A stretch of DNA of 63,771 nt, counting the filler, from Octopus bimaculoides (lineage: Eukaryota), in the NCBI RefSeq assembly GCF_001194135.2. It is 7 parts of 6 records of this genome, joined end to end, with 100 filler letters (N's around TTAATTAATTAA, not from the genome) between each part and the next. Parts side by side here need not be neighbours in the genome. Positions count along the whole stretch, not along the records: positions 24,090 to 32,733 come from NC_069004.1; positions 32,834 to 43,310 come from NC_068988.1; 5 more parts are not named here. One strand, given 5' to 3'. The notes beneath the pieces are model-generated. The model saw only the letters and a list, made by a program, of their open reading frames with translations, was not told the DNA's origin and ran no database searches. Every line of letters begins with the position of its first letter. Positions within the stretch are counted from its first letter, which is position 1. Made by a program: the position numbers and the translations under genes. This document shows, piece after piece, positions 24,090 to 37,637 of this stretch.

Positions 24090-27000
24090 AGTTCGTTCGT
24101 TCGTTCATTCATATATATGTACGTAGGAACATACGTACGTTCGTTCGTTCGTTCTTTCGTTTGTTCGTTCGTTAGTTCTTTCATATCGTTCGTTCGTTCA
24201 TTTGTTCGTTCGTTCTTTCGGACGTACGTACGTGCGTTTGTTTGTTCGTTCGTTTGTTCGTTCGTTCGTTCGTTCTCTCGTACGTACGTACATTCTTTCG
24301 TTCAATCGTTCGTTCATTCTTTCGTACGTTCGTTCGTTCGTACGTACGAGCGTACGTACGTGCGTACGTTCGTTAGTTTGTTCGTTCTTTCGCTCGTTCG
24401 TTCGCACGTTATTTCGTACGTACGTACGTACGTTCTGTCAATCATTCGTTCGTACGTACGTACGTTCTGTCAATCATTCGTTCGTACGTACGTACGTTCG
24501 TTCGTTCGTTAGTACGTACGTGCGTACGTTCATTAGTTTTTTGTTCGTTAGTTCGTTCGTTCGTTCGTACATACGTACATTCTTTCATTCAATCGTTCGT
24601 TCATTCTTTCGTATGTTCGTTCGTACGTACGTACGAGCGTACGTTCGTTAGTCTGTTCGTTTGTACGTACGTACGTACGTTCTTTCGTACGTACGTACGT
24701 TCTTTCCTACGTACGTACGTTCTTTCGTTCGTACGTACGTTGGTTCGTTCGTTCGTACATACGTGTGTACGTTCGTTAGTTTGTTCGGTCGTTCATACGT
24801 ACGTACGTACATATGTACCGACTTATGTACGTTCGTTTGTTCGTCCGTTCGTTCGTTTGTTCGTTCGTACATACGTACGTTCAATTCTTTGTTCGTTCGT
24901 GTTTTTTCGTACCTATGTACGTTCGTTCGTTCAATCGTTTGTTAGTTCGTTCTTTCGTTCGTACGTACGTTCGTCAGTTTCTTTGATCGTTCGTTTGTTC
25001 GATCGTTCGTTNNNNNNNNNNNNNNNNNNNNNNNNNNNNNNNNNNNNNNNNNNNNNNNNNNNNNNNNNNNNNNNNNNNNNNNNNNNNNNNNNNNNNNNNN
25101 NNNNNNNNNNNNNNNNNNNNNNNNNNNNNNNNNNNNNNNNNNNNNNNNNNNNNNNNNNNNNNNNNNNNNNNNNNNNNNNNNNNNNNNNNNNNNNNNNNNN
25201 NNNNNNNNNNNNNNNNNNNNNNNNNNNNNNNNNNNNNNNNNNNNNNNNNNNNNNNNNNNNNNNNNNNNNNNNNNNNNNNNNNNNNNNNNNNNNNNNNNNN
25301 NNNNNNNNNNNNNNNNNNNNNNNNNNNNNNNNNNNNNNNNNNNNNNNNNNNNNNNNNNNNNNNNNNNNNNNNNNNNNNNNNNNNNNNNNNNNNNNNNNNN
25401 NNNNNNNNNNNNNNNNNNNNNNNNNNNNNNNNNNNNNNNNNNNNNNNNNNNNNNNNNNNNNNNNNNNNNNNNNNNNNNNNNNNNNNNNNNNNNNNNNNNN
25501 NNNNNNNNNNNNNNNNNNNNNNNNNNNNNNNNNNNNNNNNNNNNNNNNNNNNNNNNGAACGAACAAACTAACGAACGTACCTACGAACGTTTATTCGTTC
25601 GTACGTACGAACTTACTTACGTACGCACGTTCTTTCTTTCCTTCGATCATTTGTTCATACGTACGATCGTTCGTACGTACGTACGTACGTTCGTTCGTTC
25701 GTTTCATTCTTTCGTTCGTGCGTCCGTACGTTTGTTCTGACATACGTTCGTTCGTACGTACGTTCTTTCGTTCGTTCGTTCGTTCGTTCGTTCGTTCGTT
25801 TATTCATATATATGTACGTAGGAACATACGTACGTTCGTTCGTTCGTTTTTCGTTTGTTCGTTCGTTAGTTCGTTCACATCGTTCGTTCGTTCATTTGTT
25901 CGTTCGTTCCTTCGCACGTACGTACGTACATTCGTTTGTTCGTTCTTTCGTACGTACGTACATTCTTCCGTTCAATCGTTCGTTCATTCTTTCGTACGTT
26001 CGTTCGTTCGTACATACGAGCGTACGTACGTGCGTACCAGCGTACGTACGTGCGCACGTTCGTTAGTTTGTTCGTTCTTTCGCTCGTACGTTATTTCGTA
26101 CGTACGTACGTACGTTCTGTCGATCATACGTTCGTACGTACGTACGTTCGTTCGTTCGTACGTACGTGCGTACGTTCATTAGTTTCGTTGTTCGATCGTT
26201 CGGTCGTTCATTCGTACATACGAGCGTACNNNNNNNNNNGTACGTTCATTAGTTTCGTTGTTCGATCGTTCGGTCGTTCATTCGTAGATACGAGCGTACG
26301 TACGTGCGTACGAGCGTACGTACGTGCGTACGATCGTACGTACGTGCGTAAGTTCGTTAGTTTGTGCGTTCGTTCGTTCGTACGTTCTTTCGTACGTACG
26401 TACGTTCTTTCGTTCATTCGTTCGTACGTACGTGTGTACGTTCGTTAGTTTGTTCGTTCGTTCATACGTACGTACGTACATATGTACCTACTTATGTACG
26501 TTCGTTTGTTCGTCCGTTTGTTCGTTCGTACATACGTACGTTCAATTCTTTGTTCGTTCGTGTTTTTTTCGTACCTATGTACGTTCGTTCGTTCAATCGT
26601 TCGTTAGTTCGTTCTTTCGTTCGTAATTACATTCGTTCGTTTCTTCGTTCGTTCGTAATTACGTTCCTTCTTTCGTTTATTCGAACGAANNNNNNNNNNN
26701 NNNNNNNNNNNNNNNNNNNNNNNNNNNNNNNNNNNNNNNNNNNNNNNNNNNNNNNNNNNNAGTTCGTTAGTTTGTGCGTTCGTTCGTTCGTACGTTCTTT
26801 CGTACGTACGTACGTACGTACGTTCATTAGGTCATTCGTTCGTTCGTTCGTTCGTTTCATTCTTTCCTTCGTGCGTCCGTACGTTCGTTCTGACATACGT
26901 ACGTTCGTACGTACGTTCATTCATATATATGTACGTAGGAACATACGTACGTTCATTCGTTCGTTCTTTCGTTCGTAATTACATTCGTTCGTTTCTTCGT

Positions 27001-30000
27001 TCGTTCGTAATTACGTTCCTTCTTTCGTTTATTCGAACGAACGAACGAACGTAAGTACGTACGAACGAATGAACGAAAGAACGTACGTACGTACGAAAGA
27101 ACGAACGAACGAACAAGCGAACGAACAAACAAACTAACGAACGTACGCACGTACGTACGAACGTTTATTCGTTCGTACGTACGAACTTACTTACGTACGC
27201 ACGTTCTTTCTTTCCATCGATCATTTGTTCATACGTACGATCGTTCGTACGTACGTACGTTCGTTCGTTCGTTGGTTTCATTCTTTCGTTCGTTCGTCCG
27301 TACGTTTGTTCTGACATACGTTCGTTCGTACGTTCGTTCTTTCGTTCGGTCGTTCGTTCGTTCATTCATATATATGTACGTAGGAACATACGTACGTTCG
27401 TTCGTTCGTTCTTTCGTTTGTTCGTTCGTTAGTTCGTTCATATCGTTCGTTCGTTCATTTGTTCGTTCGTTCCTTCGCACGTACGTACGTGCGTTTGTTC
27501 GTTCGTTCGTTTGTTCGTTCGTTAGTTCTTTCTTTCGTACGTACGTGCATTCTTTCGTTCAATCGTTCCTTCATTCTTTCGTACGTTCGTTCGTTCGTAC
27601 GTACGAGCGTACGTACGTGCGTACGTTCGTTAATTTGTTCGTTCCTTCGCTAATTCGTTCGTACGTTATTTCGTACATACGTACGTACGTTCTGTCGATC
27701 ATTCGTTCGTACGTACGTACGTTCGATCGTTCGTTCGTACGTACGTGCGTACGTTCATCAGTTTGTTTGTTCGATCGTTCGGTCGTTCGTTCGTACATAC
27801 GTACATTCTTTCATTCAATCGTTCGTTCATTCTTTCGTATGTTCGTTCGTACGTACGTACGTGCTTAAGTTCGTTAGTTTGTGCGTTCGTTCGTTCGTAC
27901 GTTCTTTCGTACGTCCGTACGTTCTTTCGTTCATTCGTTCGTACGTACGTTGGTTCGTTCGTTCGTACGTACGTGTGTACGTTCGTTAGTTTGTTCGTTC
28001 GTTCATACGTACGTACGTACATATGTACCTACTTATGTACGTTCGTCCGTTCGTTCGTTTGTTTGTTCGTTCATTCATATATATGTACGTAGGAACATAC
28101 GTACGTTCGTTCGTTCGTTCTTTCGTTTGTTCGTTCNNNNNNNNNNNNNNNNNNNNNNNNNNNNNNNNNNNNNNNNNNNNNNNNNNNNNNNNNNNNNNNN
28201 NNNNNNNNNNNNNNNNNNNNNNNNNNNNNNNNNNNNNNNNNNNNNNNNNNNNNNNNNNNNNNNNNNNNNNNNNNNNNNNNNNNNNNNNNNNNNNNNNNNN
28301 NNNNNNNNNNNNNNNNNNNNNNNNNNNNNNNNNNNNNNNNNNNNNNNNNNNNNNNNNNNNNNNNNNNNNNNNNNNNNNNNNNNNNNNNNNNNNNNNNNNN
28401 NNNNNNNNNNNNNNNNNNNNNNNNNNNNNNNNNNNNNNNNNNNNNNNNNNNNNNNNNNNNNNNNNNNNNNNNNNNNNNNNNNNNNNNNNNNNNNNNNNNN
28501 NNNNNNNNNNNNNNNNNNNNNNNNNNNNNNNNNNNNNNNNNNNNNNNNNNNNNNNNNNNNNNNNNNNNNNNNNNNNNNNNNNNNNNNNNNNNNNNNNNNN
28601 NNNNNNNNNNNNNNNNNNNNNNNNNNNNNNNNNNNNNNNNNNNNNNNNNNNCCGTACGTTCTTTCGTTCATTCGTTCGTACGTACGTTGGTTCGTTCGTT
28701 CGTACGTACGTGTGTACGTTCGTTAGTTTGTTCGTTCGTTCATACGTACGTACGTACATATGTACCTACTTATGTACGTTCGTCCGTTCGTTCGTTTGTT
28801 TGTTCGTTCATTCATATATATGTACGTAGGAACATACGTACGTTCGTTCGTTCGTTCTTTCGTTCGTAATTACGTTCGTTCGTTTCTTCGTTCGTTCGTA
28901 ATTACGTTCCTTCTTTCGTTTATTCGAACGAACGAACGAACGTAAGTACGTACGAACGAATGAACGAAAGAACGTACGTACGTACGAAAGAACGAACGAA
29001 CGAACAAGCGAACGAACGAACAAACTAACGAACGTACGCACGTACGTACGAACGTTTATTCGTTCGTACGTACGAACTTACTTACATACGCACGTTCTTT
29101 CTTTCCTTCGATCATTTGTTCATACGTACGATCGTTCGTACGTACGTACGTTCGTTCGTTCGTTCGTTCGTTTCATTCTTGCGTTCGTGCGTCCGTAAGT
29201 TTGTTCTGACATACGTTCGTTCGTACGTAGGAACATACGTACGTTCGTTCGTTCGTTCTTTCGTTTGTTCGTTCGTTAGTTCGTTTATATCGTTCGTTCG
29301 TTCATTTGTTCGTTCGTTCCTTCGTTCTTTCGTACGTACGTACATTCTTTCGTACGTTCGTTCGTTCGTACGTACGAGCATACGTACGTGCGTACGTTTG
29401 TTAGTTTGCTCGTTCTTTCGCTCGTCCGTTCGTACGTTATTTCGTACGTACGTACGTACGTACGTTCATTAGGTCATTCGTTTGTTCGTTCCATTCGTTC
29501 GTTCGTCCGTCAGTACGTTCGTTCGTTCTGACATACGTTCGTTCGTACGCACGTACGTTCTTTCGTTCGTTCGTTCATTCATATATATATATGCACGTAG
29601 GAACATGCGTACGTTCGTTCGTTCGTTCGTTTGTTCGTTCATTCATATATATGTACGTAGGAACATACGTACATTCGTTCGTTCGTTCTTTCGTTCCTTT
29701 GTAATTACGTTCGTTCGATTCTTCGTTCGTTCTTGCGTTCGTTCGTTCGTAATTACGTTCCCTCTTTCGTTTATTCGAACGAACGAACGAACGGAAGTAC
29801 GTACGAAAGAATGAACGAAAGAACGTTCGTTCGTACGAACGAGGGAACGAACGAACAAACTAACGAACGTACGCACGTACGTACGAACGTTTATTCGTTC
29901 GTACGTACGAACTTCGTTCGTTCGTTCTTTCGTTTGTTCGTTCGTTAGTTCGTTCATATCGACCGTTCGTTCATTTGTTCGTTCGTTCCTTCGCACGTAC

Positions 30001-32733
30001 GTACGTTTGTTCGTTCGTTCGTTCTTTCGTACGTACGTACATTCTTTCGTTCAATCGTTCGTTCATTCTTTCGTACATTCGTTCGTTCGTACGTACGAGC
30101 ATACGTACGTGCGTACGTTCATTAATTTGTTCGTTCTTTCGCTCGTTTGTTCGTACCTTATTTCGTAGTACGTACGTACGTACATTCTGTCGTTCATTCG
30201 TTCGTACGTACGTACGTTCGTTCGTTCGTACGTGCGTACGTTCATTAGTTTGTTTGTTCGTTCGTTCCTTCGTTTGTACATACGTACATTCTTTCATTTA
30301 ATCGTTCGTTCATTCTTTCGTACGTTCGTTCGTACGTACGTACGTGCGTACGTTCGTTCGTACGTACGTACGTGCGTATGTTCGTTAGTTTGTTCGTTCG
30401 TTCGTTCGTTCGTACGCTCTTTCGTTCATTCGTTCGTACGTACGCTGGTTCGTTCGTTCGTACGTACGTGCGTACGTTCGTTAGTTTGTTCGTTCGTTCA
30501 TACGTACGTACGTACATATGTACCTACTTACGTACGTTCGTTTGTTCGTCCGTTCGTTCGTTTGTTCGTTCGTACATACGTACGTTCAATTCTTTGTTCG
30601 TTCGTGTTTTTTTCATACCTATGTACGTTCTTTCGTTCAATCGTTCGTTAGTTCGTTCTTTCGTTCGTACGTACGTTCGTCAGTTTATTTGTTCGTTCGT
30701 TTGTTTGTTCGTTCTTACATACGTACTTACGTACGTAAATCCGTACATATATGCGGACGTTCGTTCGTTGCCTCATTCGTTACTTCATTCGTTCTTTCGT
30801 ACGTAAGTACTTACGTTCATTTAAGTCATTCATTCGTTCGTTTCATTCTTTCGTTAGTGCGTCCCTACGTTTGTCTGACATACGTTCGTTCGTACGTACG
30901 TACGTTCTTTCGTTCGATCGTTCGTTCGTTCATTCTTATATATGTACGTAGGAACATACGTACGTTCGTTCGTTCTTTCGTTCTTTCGTTCGTTCGTAAT
31001 TACATTCCTTGTTTCGTTTATTCGTTCATACGTACGTGCTTATTTACGTACGCACGTTCTTTCCTTCCGATCATTTGTTAATACGTACGATCGTTCGTTC
31101 GTACGTACGTACTTTCGTTCGTTCGTACATTCGTACGTACGTACGATCGTTCGTTCTTTCATTCATACAACCGTAAATTCGTTCGTTCGTTCGTTTTTTC
31201 GTTCGTTCTTTCGTACGTACGTACATTCTTTCGTTCAATCGTTTGTTCATTCTTTTGTACGTTCGTTAGTTTGTTCGTTCTTTCGCCCGTTCGTTCGTAC
31301 GTTATTTCTTCTGTACGTACGAACGTTCTTTCGTTCATTCGTTTGTACGTACGTACGTTCGTTCGTAACTACGTGCGTACGTTCATTAGTTTGTTTGTTC
31401 GTTCGTTCGTTTTTTCTTACATACGTACATTCTTTCATTCAATCGTTCGTACGTTCGTTCGTTCGTACGTACCTGCGTACGTTCGGTAGTTTGTTCGTTC
31501 GTTCGTTCGTACATTCTTTCGTACGTACGTACGTTCTTTCGTTCATTCGTTCGTACGTATGTACGTTGGTTCGTTCGTTCGTACGTACGTGCATACGTTC
31601 GTTAGTTTGTTCGTTCGTTCTTACGTACGTACGTACATATGCACTACTTATGTACGTTCGTTTGTTCGTCCGTTCGTTCGTTTGTTCGTTCGTACATACG
31701 TACGTTCAATTCTTTGTTCGTTCGTGTTTTTTTCGTACCTATGTACGTTCGTTCGTTCAATCGTTCGTTAGTTCGTTCTTTCGTTCGTACGTACGTTCGT
31801 CAGTTTCTTTGTTCGTTCGTTCGTTCGATCGTTCTTACATACGTACTTACGTACGTAAATCCGTACATACGTGCGGACGTTCGTTCGTTGCCTCATTCGT
31901 TAGTTCTTTCGTTCTTTCGTACGTACGTACGTACGTTCATTAGGTCATTCGTTCGTTCGTTCGTTTCATTCTTTCGTTCGTGCGTCCGTTCGTTCGTTCT
32001 GACATACGTTCGTTCGTACGTATTTTCTTTCGTTCGTTCGTTCGTTCGTTCGTTCGCTCGTTCATTCATATATATGTACGTCGGAACATACGTACGTTCG
32101 TTCGTTCGTTCTTTCCTTCGTTCGTAATTACGTTCCTTCTTTCGTTTATTCGTTCGTACGTACCAGCTTACTTACGTACGCACGTTCTTTCCTTCCTTCC
32201 TTCGATCATTTGTTAATACGTACGATCGTTCGTTCGTACGTACGTACGTTCGTTAGTACGTACGTACCTTCGTTCGTACGTACCTTCGTTCGTACGTACG
32301 TTCGTTCGTATGAACGTACGTTCGTACGTTCGTACATTCGTACGTACGTACGTTCGTTCGTTCATACAAATGTAAGTTCGAATATATGTACGTTCGGTCG
32401 TTCGTATTTTCGTTTGTTCGTTCGTTAGTTCGTTCATATCGTTCGTTCGCTCATTCGTACGTACGTACTTACGTACGATCATTCGTTCGTTCGTTCCTTC
32501 GCACATACGTACGTACGTACGTTTGTTCGTTCGTTCGTTTTTTCGTACGTACGTACGTTCTTTCGTGCAATCGTTCGTTCATTCTTTCGTACGTTCGTTC
32601 GTTCGTGCGTACATTCGTTAGTTTGTTCGTTCGTTCATACGTACGGACGTACATATGTACCTACTTATGTACGTTCGTAGGTTCGTTTGTTCGTTCGTAT
32701 ATACGTACGTTCAATTCTTTGTTCATTCGTTCG
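24090..32733. repeat. (CGTT)n/(CGTA)n complex satellite with higher-order structure and internal inverted modules
   Basis: It fills the whole scaffold between two spacers. Landmark CATATATATGTACGTAGGAACATACG recurs at about 24110, 25805, 26922, 27367, 28076, 28813, 29644, with variants at 30936 and 32067. (AACG)n modules at about 27034, 28925 and 29776. Confidence 0.97.
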
Positions 32734-32833
32734 NNNNNNNNNNNNNNNNNNNNNNNNNNNNNNNNNNNNNNNNNNNNTTAATTAATTAANNNNNNNNNNN
32801 NNNNNNNNNNNNNNNNNNNNNNNNNNNNNNNNN

Positions 32834-32882
<49 letters not shown>

Positions 32883-33428
32883 TCTACTGGAAACCCAAAA
32901 ACCGTGATCAAGTTTTTTTATCTTCTTCCAGAAGATTTCTTCCCATCACCACCACCATTACTATAGTTCTTCCTTAGTTGTTTGCAGTTTGTTTGCAACC
33001 CTAAGATTTCTGCATCCCACAACATTGATGATGTATGTGCAAGAAACTTTACCATTCCACCCAAACCGTAAACAACTTGAAAGGAATTATTCCAGAAAAA
33101 AATTCACTTCATAAAGCTGATAAAACTTTAGCATATTAAACAGAGTTGTCATGTTTTTATTGTAGATTTAAAAGACAATCAGACCACTCTATGCAATACA
33201 TTGTGTGTATGGAAGTGTGTGTGTTTGTGTATTTGTATACATACATGTGTGTGTGTGGGTGTGGGTGTTTTTGGTACCCAATATTGTGAACAGCACAGGT
33301 GGAGCTAAAGCTAAAATCAAAGTGTGTATCTGTGTATGTGTGAATGTGTGTGTGTGCATCTGTATGGATAGATATGTGTGTGATCTGCATATAGATGTGT
33401 GTATATGTGTATAAATGTGTGTGTATAT

Positions 33429-33477
<49 letters not shown>

Positions 33478-33557
33478 GATATGTATGTATATATATATGT
33501 GTGTATGTATATATATGTATATATATATTTGTATATATATGTTTATGTATATATATG

Positions 33558-33622
<65 letters not shown>

Positions 33623-34303
33623 CTAGATAGATAGGTAGATTGTTATACAGATAGTTTGATAGGCAGTTGTATAAGTAATTATATAGGTAATTATAAGTGT
33701 GTGTGTGTGGGGGGATTGTATGCATGTGGATAGGTAGGTACCTGGGTAGGTAGATAGGTTGATAAACAAAGAGATGAATTCTCCTTGGAAAAAAGAAGTT
33801 TGGATTTCCATTCATCTGTTCCATATTTCCTTGTTGACCCAGCGCATAACGCATGTTTCTTTTTCTCGCTGTGCCAAGTGATGGAAGGTAGAGGTGTGAA
33901 GTGTGGTGGGGGGCTGGGATGTCAATTCAGATGGGAGACACCATGTTGGAAGGTTTACCAATAAAAAACCATATTTATAGAGTCAAAGATTAGCTATAAG
34001 TGCATTCAGCCGAAAAGTTAACTCTAAATGCTGTTTCCATTCTCCTTTAGAACTTTGGTGGTGGTGGTGGTGTTGGGGGGGGGGGGAGAATGTTCTTTGT
34101 AAGGTTGTGGAGGGATGCACTTGTGGTTAGAGATGACATTTTCAGCAAAATAATATTCGCCCTTCATTGTCCCTATGGACACAACTGTGATAGCAATTAA
34201 AACAAGGTGGGTCAGCTGAGGTCACAGAAGAAGAGTTTAAAAGGTTATGCCTACCCTTGAGTCATAAAAAGAAGATGGTGGAGAATTTTGATTCATTCAT
34301 TCA

Positions 34304-34356
<53 letters not shown>

Positions 34357-34549
34357 TCATATTCACACAATAGATTAGACTGTTGAGAAGAAAACAAGTT
34401 CCTAATACCAGGCTTCAACAAGTAACCTTAGATGCCAAAAACCTTCATAAGTATCTTGCTGTCCCTAATAATTCTGTTTTCTGAAGCTGCACTAAACTAG
34501 GTTTTATGCCTATTTCTGCTGCTGCTGCTGTTGCTGCTACTACTACTAC

Positions 34550-34610
<61 letters not shown>

Positions 34611-34743
34611 GTTCAGTAGTTTTATTTTTATAATGTGCGTTCACTTCACTACCGAGCGCAGCTCTGTGTGCCTTGGGTATGTGCTGTGGTTTGCTGTGAT
34701 GCTCTTATGGTTACTGTAGTGAAAGTGTTTTGCGTAGGATGTG

Positions 34744-34779
<36 letters not shown>

Positions 34780-34990
34780 GGCAGCAAGCTGACCGAGTCA
34801 TTAGTATGCTGGACAAAATGCTTAGCGGTAGTACATGTGTCTTTACGTTCTGAGTTCAAATTCTGCTGAGATCAACTTTGCTTTTCATCCTTTCGAGGTC
34901 AATAAAATAATTACCAGTCAAATACTGGGATCAATGTAATTGACTAACCCCTCCCCCAAAATTCCAGGCCTTGTGCCTATAGTAGAAAAG

Positions 34991-34995
<5 letters not shown>
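34780..34995 (+). mobile_element. tRNA-derived SINE (family B) flanked by (ATT)n
   Basis: Colinear with 6303-6515. Confidence 0.85.
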
Positions 34996-35082
<87 letters not shown>

Positions 35083-35200
35083 CATCATCTTCATCATCAT
35101 TTGCTGCTGACCTCTTGTCAGACTAAAAGGAAATTTTGTTTGAGGTTTCCCAAGTGTAACTAAAGGAAGTAATTACCATTTTGGATTTTGTTTCATGCAG

Positions 35201-35225
35201 GAACCTTTATTGAACATTTTCAAAG
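35201..35225 (+). CDS. Candidate 25-nt microexon of an unidentified gene (EPLLNIFK-G or G-TFIEHFQ-R/S)
   Basis: TTTTGGATTTTGTTTCATGCAG|GAACCTTTATTGAACATTTTCAAAG|GTATGC: strong acceptor and donor, two open frames. No homology recognised. Confidence 0.35.
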
Positions 35226-36119
35226 GTATGCCCTTTACTAGGGTTAAACAACAAAGTTTTGTTTGTTTACTTTTGTTTTTTTTTAATATTTCCATTTTAT
35301 TCTATCATCAAATGTTAAAGCAAGAAAATTGCTTATCTTTTCTCAGATTCACCTCTTGGAAAGATTATTCTAAAAAAACAAAATATAACCATCAACAAAA
35401 GAAAGCAAAAATGTAAGAAAAAAATAGTTACAAACTCAGAAACAAATGGTAGAGATTGAAAACTGAAGAAAAATATTCAAACTGAAAAACAGAATAATAA
35501 TGTTTACGTTTGATAACAGTTACAGCAGTATACACACATTTATTGTATCAGGTGTAAATATGAATAAAGAAAAACTGTCCTTTGCAAGCATTCTTTTGAA
35601 TATAAAGATATCTTAAGTGTGAAACATTTTGTTGAAAGAATGAAAGCATGCCAACATTTTGTCCACAAGATAGATGTCTGCGTTCTTTTGAATACAAGAA
35701 TACCTTAAGCGTGGTACATTTTGGTGAAAGAATGAAAGCTTCCACAAGATATGTATCAGCATACCACATACATAAGAGAGGCACACAGGAGACAGAAGAT
35801 GGCTTACTTGTGAGTTCCAAGAAATGGGGACTTTTGTCATTCCATCCAAGGAAGACTTGGAAACAGTTCTGGCAGACATTCTAAGTGAAATCCTCTTTAA
35901 TGAGAAGAGTGAAGGTATATGGCACCATATGTGTTCTCTTTAAAACAGAAGATGACACTAAAGCACAAGACCAGATTGTACCCCAAAGCTGGTCTATGGG
36001 TACAAGGGGAGGAGGAATGCAAGAATAATCGTTAAGCACATTGACGACAATGTCAGCCCCTAAATAAGTCATCTTTATGTCATGACATGAGCAGAGTGTT
36101 CGTGTTTTTTATTAATGAT

Positions 36120-36860
36120 TTTATAAGGGTTTCCAATTTCTTGCCACAGTTCTTAGCATTTTTATTGCACTCTTCAAGATCTTCTATGCTGCAGGGTTTA
36201 GATACTGAAGCCCACAGCTCCATAGTATGGTCTGCTTCTTCATACATACTGGGGGTTCAGCCAGTCTTGTATCCTCATCTGACCAAAACAATTTTTGATC
36301 ACCCTTTTTTTTTTCATTTTCAGATAGTTAAGTGTCTCTCTCTGAATCCATGGATGTTCTGAGCCAGGAGAAATGTCTTCAGTCAGGAGATTTCCATGCC
36401 AATTGAAGGAGTTGTCATTCTGAAGCTTTTCCATCCAGATCTGGAGTCTGGTTTCTTCCCAAGATCTTGTTAGGGGCTGTGTCTGATTGAGGAAGTTTCT
36501 TAGTGACTTCAGCTGTTGAGCCAGGGATTAACATGTTGAGCCAGGGATTAACATGCATGGCACAGCTGGCGTTCAGCAGTAGTACTGTTTGTCATTTTGA
36601 CTCAACTGGTCACTTCCCATCTGATACCAGCAAGGGCAATGCCAGTAAGAAGATGCAAGTTGCTTGTGCTTGTCGGCTTCGTGCAACCAGTGATCAGGTG
36701 GTAGGTTTTCTTCAGCACCGAGTCAAGTTTCTTAGCATGTTTTGATCTTTCTCAGAGAGGACACACATACCCTACAGAGAAATAGCCCAAGGCCTGAGCA
36801 GTAGATCTCAGTGACTGCTCAGGTTCCCCATTTGGTGTCAACAAGTTTCTGTTGGATGTT
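36120..36860 (-). mobile_element. 5'-truncated, decayed Vingi/Ingi-like LINE (RT thumb to C-terminus)
   Basis: Minus-strand peptides EQSLRSTAQALGYFSVGYVCPL*ERSKHAKKLDSVLKKTYHLITGCTKPTSTSNLHLLTGIA, EDISPGSEHPWIQRETLNYL and EEADHTME...PCSIEDLEECNKNAKNCG. These follow the motif order I recall for Vingi-type ORFs, with stops and frameshifts. Confidence 0.8.
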
Positions 36861-37637
36861 GTTTCAGAATTATAAAATGGTGGGTGTTTAATGCTGATAC
36901 TCCATTGCCTGGAACATAGAATTTTGCATTTATTGATGATTCTGATTCTGTGAATAAATTCAACTATTTTCATAGAATCTCCTAATATCAGTTGAAGTGG
37001 AAACTATTGTTGTTATCGTTTAGGCCCAGGTCAACCCTGATCAAGCTGTCATCATCATCATTTAACATCCATTGTCCATGCTGGCATGGGTTGGATGGTT
37101 TGACTGGGCTAGCACGCTGGAAGGCTGTGCCAGGCTCCAGTCTGATTCGGCATGGTTGTCTTTGGCTGGATGCCCTTCCTGATGACAACCATTCCGAGAG
37201 TGTAATGGGTGCATTTGTGTGACACCAGTATCTGCCATGGCTGTGATTTTGCTTGGCTTGATGGGTCTTCTTCTTAAGCACAACATTATGCGAAAGGTCT
37301 TGGTCATTGCCTCCATGAGGTCCAGCACTTGAAAAGGAACTGAGCCACCTCGGTTTGTGAGGCCGAACACTCGATAGGAACTCAGCCACTTTGCCTCCAT
37401 GAGGCCCGACACTCAACCAAAACCATTGCTGCTATGATTATCATCTTTTTCCGATACTCTGTGAACGCCAACATACATTCTCAAAAGTGTCTATTTAAAA
37501 GGAAAAAACTACACTAGGGTATGAGGTGAAGGGTTTTTAGTTAGTATTTCTAGAGTGACTATGGAAAGGGGCCCTCACTACCTTGATGTGGGGCTGGAGA
37601 TCATAGGTGAAAAAAATGATGTTTTATAATTTAACAG

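Noticed and set aside
24090-32733. CRISPR-like or data-encoding array
   Set aside because: There are no constant repeats with unique spacers; the variation is point decay and block duplication of 4-mers.
24117-32781. Long FVRS/TNER ORFs (up to 480 aa)
   Set aside because: A tetranucleotide satellite read through without stops; no protein signal.
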